NCBI GenBank assembly: GCA_963701775.1
Contig: CAVPBH010000018.1
Location: 184,568 to 248,567, forward strand
Source of the DNA: an uncultured Chloroflexia bacterium
Lineage (GTDB): Bacteria > Chloroflexota > Anaerolineae > JAAYZQ01
Reading direction: 5' to 3'
DNA length: 64,000 bases
Positions within the stretch are counted from its first letter, which is position 1, and each line of letters begins with the position of its first letter. A program made the position numbers and the translations under genes. A model generated the notes under the pieces. The model did not search any database, was not told where the DNA came from, and saw only the letters and a list, made by a program, of their open reading frames with translations. Positions 27,758-36,041 of the stretch are shown here, piece by piece.

Positions 27758-28440
27758 GCAAGTCACAGACCGGCACGAGGCGCGCACTCTATCGCGGGTA
27801 TGTCTCGCAGCGGGGACACTTCGGCCGCGCCGTGCGGCTGAAATCGCCCGAAGAGGTCGCCGCCTTCCTCCGGGAGCACCTCTACGCGGAAGAGGTGCGG
27901 ATCGTCGACGCGGGCGACAACCTGCTTTTCCATGCCAGGGACGGTATCGACCTCTACTCGCGCCTGGCGGAGCTGGGGATTGACCTCCCGGCGCTGTACG
28001 ACGAAACCCGGCGCACGTGGGTAGCAGAGGCGGAACGGGCTCGGTCGGGAGACCTTCGCCCAACGCACGAGGGCGAGGGAGAGCCCGCGGCACGGGAGCC
28101 ATGGGAGGCGCTGTACGACTCTATCGGGCTGTCGTCGGGCGAGGTCTGGATGCGCCAACGGGTGAAGCGCACCTGCCGGGAGGCGCGCACGGTCGCCGAC
28201 GTGATCGAGCTGCTGGAAGGCACCTACTTCGACGCCCACTTTGAGACGGAGGACGGCCGCCGGGCTTGGGCCTACTTTGACGCGAGCGACTGCTCAGTCG
28301 AGGTGCTGCGGCCGGTCGGCGAGGATGCATGGCAGGGTGCGGACCGGCGCGTGCGGCTGGATCGGGCGGCTCGGGTGCGGCACAAGGGTTCCGGGGAGGA
28401 CGTGCACCTCTTTGTGCTGCTGGACCCGCCAGAGGGGTGA
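27754..28440 (+). CDS. hypothetical protein
   Basis: 228-aa ORF with protein-like composition. It is coupled by ATGA overlap to the aminopeptidase gene. No recognisable family. Confidence 0.55.
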   Translation: MSKSQTGTRRALYRGYVSQRGHFGRAVRLKSPEEVAAFLREHLYAEEVRIVDAGDNLLFHARDGIDLYSRLAELGIDLPALYDETRRTWVAEAERARSGDLRPTHEGEGEPAAREPWEALYDSIGLSSGEVWMRQRVKRTCREARTVADVIELLEGTYFDAHFETEDGRRAWAYFDASDCSVEVLRPVGEDAWQGADRRVRLDRAARVRHKGSGEDVHLFVLLDPPEG

Positions 28441-28481
28441 GGGGGTGTACTCCGCCACTCCACCCCTCCGGGCGGGTGTGC

Positions 28482-30455
28482 TTAAGGCAGGGCGTAGCGC
28501 AGGATGTACAGCCCGCCATCAAAATCGGCGATGTAGACGTTGGCGCCGTCGACTGCCACATCAAGCGCCCAGCCGGGCGTGTCAAACCAGCCGACCTCAA
28601 CTGGGTGCCTTGGGCGGGTGACGTCGATCACGCGCAGGCCATTGTCTCCATCAGCGATGTAGGCCAGCACCCGCCCTCCCGAGGCGTCGCCCACCGCCAG
28701 AGCCGGCGCAGGGCCCTGCGCCTGGATCCAGCCAACTTGGACCGGGTTCTTCTTGTCGGCCATGTCGAGGACATACAGCCCGTACGACGAATCGGTCACA
28801 TAGGCCACGTTGCCGCGTACCACCACGTCCATCGCCTGCCAGGGCGTTTGAAAGACGCCGATCTCGGCCGGGTTGGCCGGGTCGGACACGTCCACGATGC
28901 GCAGGCCGCCCTGTCCGGCGGCCACATAGGCGTAGCGCCCATCCACCGCCACATTTTCGGGGTTGCCGGGTAGGGCCAGGAACCCGATCTCTACCGGTTG
29001 AGCCGGCTTGTGGATGTCCACGATGCTCAGCCCAAGACCATCCTGGCCGGTGTCGGCGATGAAGGCATAGATGCCGGATATCGCCACCTGCCAGGCATGC
29101 AGGTCGGGCGTTTCGTATTGCCCCACCTTCACCGGGTTCCAGCGATCGGATACGTCGACCACCGTGAGCCCTCCCCAGCCGGCCGCGCCGTAGAGGTAGT
29201 CGCCGCGCTGCGCGACGCGAAAGTACCACTGGCCCTCTGCCATCCCGGCCAGCACCGGCTGCGCCGGGTCGGCCACATCCAGGGTGCGCGCGCCATAGCC
29301 CGACTCGCCCAGGTAGGCCCAGCCCTCCGAGGCCGCGATGCCGTCGGCTTCGGTCGCCAGGTCATAGCCGCCCACCAGCCACGGCGCGGCCGGGTCGGAG
29401 ACGTCGAGCACACGCAGCCCGTGGGCCGCATCGGCGATATAGGCATAGCCGCCAGCCACGCCGACACCCCAGCGGGCATCGATGCCATAGGAGCCCACAT
29501 GGACGGGATCGGCCGGGCTATCGACTTCGAGTATGTCTAGGCCGCCGCTGACGCCGGAGGCGACGTACGCATAGCCCTGGTCGTAAGCCGTCCAGAAGGC
29601 CCAATCAGGCGTCTGGTAGAAAGCCGCCTCGGTGGGGTTTGCCGGGTCGGAGACGTCGATGATGCGCAGGCCACCCGGACCATCGGCCACAAAGGCATAG
29701 TGGCCGACAACCGTCACGCCGAAGGCCTCGCCAGGTGTGTCGTAGGCACCCAGCTCAAAGGGGTTGTGCGGGTCGCTCACGTCGATGATACGTAGGCCAG
29801 ACAGCCTATCGGCGATGTAGGCCAGCCCGCCGCTCATTGCCACGCCGGTTGCGTCGCCGGGCGTGTCGCAGGCACCCAGCTCAATCGGATACGCCGGCTG
29901 CGTCACGTCCACGACGCGCAGGCCGGCCTCACCATCGGCCACGTAGGCGTAGGGCATCTGCAAGGCCACGCCCAGCGCATGACCCCCGGGCAGCGCGGCG
30001 CGACCTACCTGCACTGGGTGCGCCGGGTTCGTGATCTTGACGACCACCAAGCCCGCGTCGTCTACGGCGACGTAGGCATAACTCCCCGCGACGGCAGTGC
30101 TACCCGCCACACCGGGCATCGGCGCCGTCTGCCCGCGCAGCGCCGGGGCGGCTGGGTCGGCGATGTCCATCAGAAGGAGGCGTGGGCCGCTGCACATCGC
30201 GAGTAGTCCGTCTATGACGACCGGCGGGCACTGCCAGCCGCCGATCTGCCCTACCAGCGACACGTGCCACCGATTGGGAGGCGGCGATGGGGTAGGAGTA
30301 GGCGTAGGAGCAGGAGTTGGCGTGATGCTCGCTGCGCCGGTGCCGGCCGGTGCCCCATCCGAAAACACACGCAGCCGGCCCCACAGGGGACCGGCTGCCC
30401 AGACCAACACAAGAACCGATATCAGGCCCACTCGCAGGAATGGCGTGCGCTTCAT
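28482..30455 (-). CDS. secreted LVIVD-repeat beta-propeller protein
   Basis: The ATG at 30455 has an AAGGAG RBS. Signal peptide MKRTPFLRVGLISVLVLVWA, a TPTPAPTPTPTPSPPP linker, then ~14 LVIVD-type repeats (YAYVADGEAGLRVVDVTQPAYP...). The ORF-track start at 30716 is a spurious extension. Confidence 0.75.
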   Translation of the reverse strand: MKRTPFLRVGLISVLVLVWAAGPLWGRLRVFSDGAPAGTGAASITPTPAPTPTPTPSPPPNRWHVSLVGQIGGWQCPPVVIDGLLAMCSGPRLLLMDIADPAAPALRGQTAPMPGVAGSTAVAGSYAYVAVDDAGLVVVKITNPAHPVQVGRAALPGGHALGVALQMPYAYVADGEAGLRVVDVTQPAYPIELGACDTPGDATGVAMSGGLAYIADRLSGLRIIDVSDPHNPFELGAYDTPGEAFGVTVVGHYAFVADGPGGLRIIDVSDPANPTEAAFYQTPDWAFWTAYDQGYAYVASGVSGGLDILEVDSPADPVHVGSYGIDARWGVGVAGGYAYIADAAHGLRVLDVSDPAAPWLVGGYDLATEADGIAASEGWAYLGESGYGARTLDVADPAQPVLAGMAEGQWYFRVAQRGDYLYGAAGWGGLTVVDVSDRWNPVKVGQYETPDLHAWQVAISGIYAFIADTGQDGLGLSIVDIHKPAQPVEIGFLALPGNPENVAVDGRYAYVAAGQGGLRIVDVSDPANPAEIGVFQTPWQAMDVVVRGNVAYVTDSSYGLYVLDMADKKNPVQVGWIQAQGPAPALAVGDASGGRVLAYIADGDNGLRVIDVTRPRHPVEVGWFDTPGWALDVAVDGANVYIADFDGGLYILRYALP

Positions 30456-30587
30456 CGGGTCACACTCCTTTCTTCCTCTAGGACGGCGAGCAGTCCGAGA
30501 AGGTTCCCTCAGGCAGGGGCACGCACGAATGGGCACGAGGCCCTGCACCACGAGCGGGGGGACGGGCACAGCGCCCCGAAATGGAAC

Positions 30588-30616
30588 CTCCCCGAAAGCC
30601 ACAGGCTTTCGGGGAG
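30588..30616. terminator. perfect 13-bp stem hairpin CTCCCCGAAAGCC-aca-GGCTTTCGGGGAG
   Basis: Seen directly in the sequence, downstream of the minus-strand gene 30682-31266. There is no T-tract. A related hairpin lies at 33587-33615. Confidence 0.35.
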
Positions 30617-30681
30617 GTGTTACCTTCCAATCCAGGCCGGTCCTGTGCCGGTTTTGGGCAGGCACCAGGACTCTACGGCTG

Positions 30682-31266
30682 CTAGCAGACGGGGCACTCC
30701 TCACCCCCCGCAACAAGTCTTGCTTTGCCGAGCTCTATGCCCACGGCACCCAACAGCGGATCGACGCTGTCGTAATCACGACCCATGGCGGCCAGGCTGC
30801 GAGAATCGATCCTGATCCCTACGGCGCCCAGCAGCGAGTCCGTAGCGAGGGCCGCGTCACGGGCGATCTGAGATCTGAGCCTCTCGACGTAGAAGGCCGA
30901 GATGTCCGTCTGGGGCTTGGCCTGCGCCCGGAGTCTCTCAACGTAGTAAGCCGAGACATCGGTGTAGCGCAGGCCCGGGTCCACCCGGAGCGGGACGCTC
31001 GCCAGGATCAGCCCCGCAACTTCGGGGAACGGCTCTTCGCGGTCACTTTCGCTTGCGAGCACAACGCGCGCGAGGACCGGCCCCGCGACCTCGGGGAACG
31101 GCTCTTCCCGGTCGCCTTCCTGCGCGAATACTACCGAGCCCGGAAGGGATCCCAGTGGCCCCAACACCAGGGCCACGATTATGAGGGCCGCCAAGGCGAC
31201 CCACGCGTATTTGGTTCTTGGTACTTGAGCGACGTCGCTCCGACTCTGGGTTCTGCCAGTCATCAT
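30682..31266 (-). CDS. membrane-anchored protein with internal tandem repeats
   Basis: N-terminal TM helix (YAWVALAALIIVALVLGPL). The peptide repeats EGDREEPFPEVAG.., TDVSAYYVERLR.. and LLGAVGI.. each occur twice, encoded by ~45-bp and ~66-bp tandem DNA repeats at 30895-31130. Confidence 0.55.
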   Translation of the reverse strand: MMTGRTQSRSDVAQVPRTKYAWVALAALIIVALVLGPLGSLPGSVVFAQEGDREEPFPEVAGPVLARVVLASESDREEPFPEVAGLILASVPLRVDPGLRYTDVSAYYVERLRAQAKPQTDISAFYVERLRSQIARDAALATDSLLGAVGIRIDSRSLAAMGRDYDSVDPLLGAVGIELGKARLVAGGEECPVC

Positions 31267-31508
31267 TTCTTCCTCCCCTATCTAGGTTCTCAGTACTTGA
31301 TTGTCAATCAGGGCCTCGCCCTGTTTACACTAACTCTAGGATAGTTATACCTGATCGCACGGGAACGCGCATCGGCCATACTACGAGTTCTTTGACTGAG
31401 ATTCCTGCAAGTCCGTCCACGGACCTACGCAGGAATGCGTACAGACGCAGGTCAAGCCACCCGCATTTCCAACTCGCTTGACACCCCGCTGATTCCGGCC
31501 CATAATCA

Positions 31509-31539
31509 GGTGCAACGCACCGCGAAGGTGCGTCGCACC
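31509..31539. promoter_or_regulatory. near-perfect palindrome GGTGCAACGCACC-gcgaa-GGTGCGTCGCACC immediately upstream of the OYE gene RBS
   Basis: A 12/12-bp inverted repeat with one mismatch and a 5-nt spacer, ending 4 nt before AGGGAGG. The same half-site GGTGCAACGCACC occurs at 25998-26010, and GAAGGTGCGTCGCA occurs at 50108-50121. It could be an operator or an RNA hairpin. Confidence 0.35.
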
Positions 31540-31551
31540 AAGGGAGGTCGC

Positions 31552-32734
31552 ATGGCACAAGCGAACACGGCAGGCAAGGCGTTCACCCCCGGCCGCATCG
31601 GCGGGCTGGAGCTGCGCAACCGGATCATCCGCGCCGGCTGCTTCGAGGGGATGAGCCAAGGGGGACGCGTCACCCCGGCCTTGATCGAGCACCATCGCCG
31701 CGTGGCCGCCGGCGGCACGGCGATGACGACCGTGGCCTACTGCTCCGTCTCGTTCGACGGGCGCGCCTTTGGCCACGAGCTGTGGATGCGGGAGGAGATC
31801 GTGCCCGGCCTGCGCGAGCTGACGGACGCCGTGCACCGCGAAGGCGCGGCGGCGTCGATCCAGCTCGGCCACTGCGGTTTTTTCGCCAGCCCCAAGGAGA
31901 TCGGACTGCGGCCCATCGGCGCGTCGCGCAAGCTGTGCCTCTTCCGGATGTCGCGCTGCGAGGAAATGACGGAGGCGCAGATCGAGACCAAGATCGAGGA
32001 GTTTGCCCAGGCGGCCCGCTGGGCGCGGCAGGCCGGATTTGACGCGGTCGAGATCCACTCCGGGCACGGCTACCTGCTCAGCCAGTTCCTCTCGCCCTGG
32101 ACCAACCACCGCCGCGACCGCTACGGCGGCTCGTTGGAGAACCGGCTCCGCTTCCCCGCGGCGGTGGTGCGCGGCGTGCGCGCAGGCGCTCGGGCCTGGC
32201 TTCCCTGTGCTGGTGAAGATGAACCAGCGCGACGGGATGCGCGGCGGGCTGGAGATGGAGGAGGCGGTGCAAATCGCGCAGCGCTACGAGGCCGAGGGGG
32301 CCAGCGCTCTGGTGCCGAGCTGTGGCTTTACCGCCAAGACGCCGCTGTACATGATGCGCGGCGACGTCCCGACGCGGGAGATGGCACGCAACCAGGCCCA
32401 GCTCATGACGCGCATGGGGATGCTGCTTTTCGGCCGCTTCATGGTGCAGCGCTATCCGTTCGAGCCGCTCTTCCTGCTGGAGGGGGCGGTCCGCCTCCGG
32501 CAGGCGGTGTCGATCCCGGTGGTCTACGTGGGCGGCGTGCTGTCTCTGGCCGACCTGGAGCGGGCGATGGAGACAGGCTTCGAGTTTGTGGAGGTGGGCC
32601 GGGCGATCGTCAAGGACCCCGAGTTCGTACACAAGCTGCAGTCCGGCGCGCTGGAGGCGTCGGACTGCGATCACTGCAACCGGTGCATCGCGACGATGGA
32701 TGCCGGCGGGGTGTACTGCCCGACGGAGACGTAG
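31552..32734 (+). CDS. NADH:flavin oxidoreductase (Old Yellow Enzyme family), frameshift at ~32195
   Basis: The ATG at 31552 follows AGGGAGG. It is OYE-like up to ...RLRFPAAVVRGVR. The C-terminal half (QALGPGFPVLVKMNQRDGMRGG...CDHCNRCIATMDAGGVYCPTET*) is in the +1 frame. Comparison with the paralog at 35028-35888 points to one extra base in gtgcgcgcaggcgctc. Confidence 0.8.
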
Positions 32735-32743
32735 GGCGGGGCG

Positions 32744-32850
32744 ATAAAGCGCGCGAGCTCCTGGCCGGCGTCTACGCCTGGCTCACCGAAGGGCTCGACG
32801 TCCTCGACCTGGTGCAGGCGCGGGCCATGCTGGGCGGGGCGGAGGCATAG
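32744..32850 (+). pseudogene. orphan C-terminal fragment of a SARP/AAA/TPR-type regulator
   Basis: Encodes ARELLAGVYAWLTEGLDVLDLVQARAMLGGAEA*, matching the last 30 aa of the 46428-50090 gene (DEARELVAGAYAWFSEGFDLRDLAQARAML*). Nothing upstream of it is coherent. Confidence 0.45.
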
Positions 32851-33326
32851 CAGTCGAATACCCCCTACGGCCAGCGAGCCGGACGGGCTGTAGGTGCCCG
32901 GCGATGTGATGGTCAGGTAGCAGCCGCCCGAGTCGCCATGGTCGTCGGGCACCAGGTAGGCGCCGAGCGACTTCTTGAACGCCTCTGCCGCTTTGATGGG
33001 TACGACGTGCTTGCGCTCGAACCGGTCGAACTTGATGCTATGGCTCAGGTCTGACATCTCTTCCGCGACTGGCTTGCGGGCGCATCCCACAAGACCATGC
33101 TCAGTGTAGCACAGCGATAGGGAAGATCTGTGGAGAGCGCCTGGAGAAGCCGTGCAGAGTCACAACTAGGAGAGCCCTGGCCATATGACCTGGGCTCTCT
33201 CTGAGTGGTTCTCTCCTCATGCCGGGAAAACCTCTGCTGTGCCGTTCATAGAGATAGAACCCAGGTGAGAAAGGACTTGGCCGCTCACCTGCTCAAGGGG
33301 TTCAAGAACAAGGAAAGGAGGGAACG

Positions 33327-33554
33327 ATGATTATCCAGCCGATCAACCTTCAGCTCGCCGCCCAGGACCTGCGGTTCCCGGAGGTGCGCGCACGGGAAGA
33401 GGAGCGCATCCGTGCCGCCCAGGCGCAGCCGGCCAGCAGCAACTCACCGCGGCTCGTGCGCCGGCTTCTCGCCGCTCTGAACCGGGAGCTGCGCCGGAAC
33501 AAGCCGCAGGCGGCCCCGCAGGTCGCTGTGCAGCTCAAGCCGAGTGCCCGGTAG
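33327..33554 (+). CDS. small basic hypothetical protein (75 aa)
   Basis: Strong AAGGAAAGGAGGGAAC-ATG RBS. The gene sits in a lower-GC island (33100-33330) and is followed by a perfect 12-bp hairpin at 33587-33615. Confidence 0.4.
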   Translation: MIIQPINLQLAAQDLRFPEVRAREEERIRAAQAQPASSNSPRLVRRLLAALNRELRRNKPQAAPQVAVQLKPSAR

Positions 33555-33891
33555 GGGCCCGTGCAATCCAGGCAGACTCTCCCACCCTCCCCGAGGGCTC
33601 GCCGCCCTCGGGGAGCCTGTGAGGCCCCCCTCACACCGGCCGGCCACATGACCCGCAGAAGCGCGCCGCGGTCCGAGCCTGGCCCCGCACTGGCCACAGA
33701 AGGCGGGCCACATGGCAGCGCGCGGCACGCCGGGTGCGGCGCACCTTCAAGGATACTGTTGGCTAACTTTGGAGGAAAGGGAGGTCATGACCCCATTGGC
33801 CGTCTCAGCGAAGCCATCCGCGCTGGACAGTGCGCTCAATGAGACGCAGAGCTGCCTTTGGGCAGGTTCATGCCTTCCTTTCCTTCTCCTG

Positions 33892-35025
33892 CTACGCTCT
33901 CAGTGTTAGTCTCAAACTTTGTCGTTTGGCTTGATGGCGCTCTCCGGCAAGCCAGCGGGCTGCACGTCGCAGATTGACTGCTGCCCCGGTGAACAATGCC
34001 TGCAAGTGGATCTTGGCAGTGCTGACGTAGCGCCCGATGCGGATGCCATGTCCTCGGACCAAAGCCGACAGACAGCCTTCGACCCCTCCTCGATGCTGAC
34101 GATACAGTGTTTTGAACTCCGCGGTTTCTTGGCGGGTACGTGCCGCTTGCAGGGCCAGGTAGTTCCGACCCAAACTGATGTGCCGCCCACCTTTGCCTGT
34201 GCAGCACCGGGGCCGCAAAGAGCAAGCAGCGCAGACCGCCTTCGGAAAGCGGAAGACCAAACGCTTGCCTCGCTTTGTGCCGACGATTGCCTTCTGACCT
34301 GCTGGGCAGATCGCTGTGCACTCTGCCAGGTTCACTTCGAATTGCGCCAGGGTGATGCCATCGGGCAGTCGGGATTGCAGCCGATTGTCTTTTTTCGCCG
34401 GCCCGATCAGGTCGATGCCCCGCTCACCACTACCAACCAGGTTGTCCTCCGTCACATAGCCACCATCGCCCAATTGCTGTCCGGGCAGCAGGTCTCGTGC
34501 CTCGAGCCGGTTCTGGATGGCTTCCAGCGCGCGGTAGTCCGTCTCCACACTGCTGGTGATGGCGATATCCGTGAGCAGGTGTGGCTTGTCTTCGTCATCC
34601 GTCTCCGTTGCTTGCAGTTTGTAGCCTACCCAGCCCTGCCCTCTCTTCTCGCTGTAGCGGGCCTCGGGGTCGTGGGGCGTAACGATGTGCGTCCTGCCAT
34701 CATAGACCCCTGCATCCCGAGCCACCAAGTCCCCTCCCACAACCGTGAACTGCTGCTGCCACGTCGTGACCAACACCTGGACCGCAGGCAAGTCCCGCAG
34801 CTTGGCTGCATTCCCATCTGCCTCTATCCGCTCCAGGAGCCACTGCCCATCGGGTCCTACCCGCCTGGCCAGCGCCTCCCGTTCGGCTTCGGTCAGCTTC
34901 TCGATCACACACCGCTGGCCGTAGCTATCTTCCCATGTGGCCGGCACTGCCGCTCTTGTCCAGGTTTCGTCTTCTTTCAACAAAGCCTGCAAAGCCAGCC
35001 GCACAGTCTCCACCCACTGCTCCAT
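33892..35025 (-). mobile_element. IS1182/IS5-family DDE transposase, 5'-truncated
   Basis: 377 aa with DPEARYSEKRGQGWVGYKLQ, a DDE core and a C-terminal ...RYVSTAKIHLQALFTGAAVNLRR. It lacks the usual ~100-aa N-terminal HTH region. Its start codon abuts, within 2 bp, the truncated OYE paralog. No terminal inverted repeats were identified. Confidence 0.65.
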
Positions 35026-35027
35026 TC

Positions 35028-35888
35028 GACGGGCGCGCCTTTGGCCACGAGCTGTGGATGCGGGAGGAGATCGTGCCGGGCCTGCGCGAGCTGACGGATG
35101 CCGTGCACCGCGAAGGCGCGGCGGCGTCGATCCAGCTCGGCCACTGCGGTTTCTTCGCCAGCCCCAAGGAGATCGGGCGGCGGCCCATCGGCGCGTCGCG
35201 CAAGCTGTGCCTCTTCCGGATGTCGCGCTGCGAGGAGATGAACGAGGCGCAGATCGAGACGAAGATCGAGGAGTTTGCCCAGGCGGCCCGCTGGGCGCGG
35301 CAGGCAGGATTTGATGCGGCCGAGATCCACTCAGGGCACGGCTACCTGCTCAGCCAGTTCCTCTCGCCCTGGACCAACCACCGGAGGGACAGGTACGGAG
35401 GATCGCTGGAGAACCGGCTGCGCTTCCCGGCGGCGGTGATGCGCAGCGTGCGGCAGGCGCTCGGGCCGGGCTTCCCGATCCTGGTGAAGGTGAACCAGCG
35501 CGACGGGATGCGCGGGGGCGTCCCGACGCGGGAGATGGCCCGCAACCAGGCTCAACTCATGACGCGCATGGGGATGCTGCTTTTCGGCCGCTTCATGGTG
35601 CAGCGCTATCCGTTCGAGCCGCTCTTCCTGCTGGAGGGGGCGGTCCGCCTCCGGCAGGCAGTGTCGATCCCGGTGGTGTACGTGGGCGGCGTGCTGTCTC
35701 TGGCCGACCTGGAGCGGGCGATGGAGACAGGCTTCGAGTTTGTGGAGGTGGGCCGGGCGATCGTCAAGGACCCCGAGTTCGTACACAAGCTGCAGTCCGG
35801 CGCGCTGGAGGCGTCGGACTGCGATCACTGCAACCGGTGCATCGCGACGATGGATGCCGGCGGGGTGTACTGCCCGGCGGAGGAGTAG
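35028..35888 (+). pseudogene. truncated paralog of the 31552-32734 OYE gene
   Basis: Nearly identical to the first copy from FDGRAFGHELWMREEIVPGL to ...DAGGVYCPAEE*. It lacks the first ~68 codons and has an in-frame ~39-codon internal deletion. The ORF-track N-terminal extension to 34935 is antisense to the transposase. Confidence 0.65.
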
Positions 35889-35904
35889 GGGAGGCAAGAT
35901 CGGA

Positions 35905-35943
35905 CCCTCACTCCAACCCTCTCCCCCGAAGGGAGAGGGAGAA
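35905..35943. repeat. GC-rich hairpin element CCCTCACTCCAACCCTCTCCC-ccgaa-GGGAGAGGGAG (copy 2 of 2)
   Basis: Perfect 9-bp stem. It lies directly downstream of the truncated OYE paralog and pairs with the element at 24605-24645. Confidence 0.4.
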
Positions 35944-36041
35944 TGCGCCCCCATTCAGCCTCCCCCGCCGCGACAGGGGAGGGGAAAGAGGGGCGGCCCT
36001 CCGTGGCCGCCCCTTCGGTCAGGCCGGGAATGGAATCCCGG

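Noticed and set aside
31218-31481. 87-aa plus-strand ORF in the intergenic region upstream of the OYE gene
   Set aside because: It overlaps the palindromic operator and RBS region. There is no RBS of its own, and the composition is not protein-like.
32880-33090. Minus-strand ORF fragment MSDLSHSIKFDRFERKHVVPIKAAEAFKKSLGAYLVPDDHGDSGGCYLTITSPGTY...
   Set aside because: It is protein-like, but I could not assign a family. It lacks a clear RBS and stop context and runs antisense through the regulator-fragment remnant. It is mentioned only as part of the rearrangement scar.
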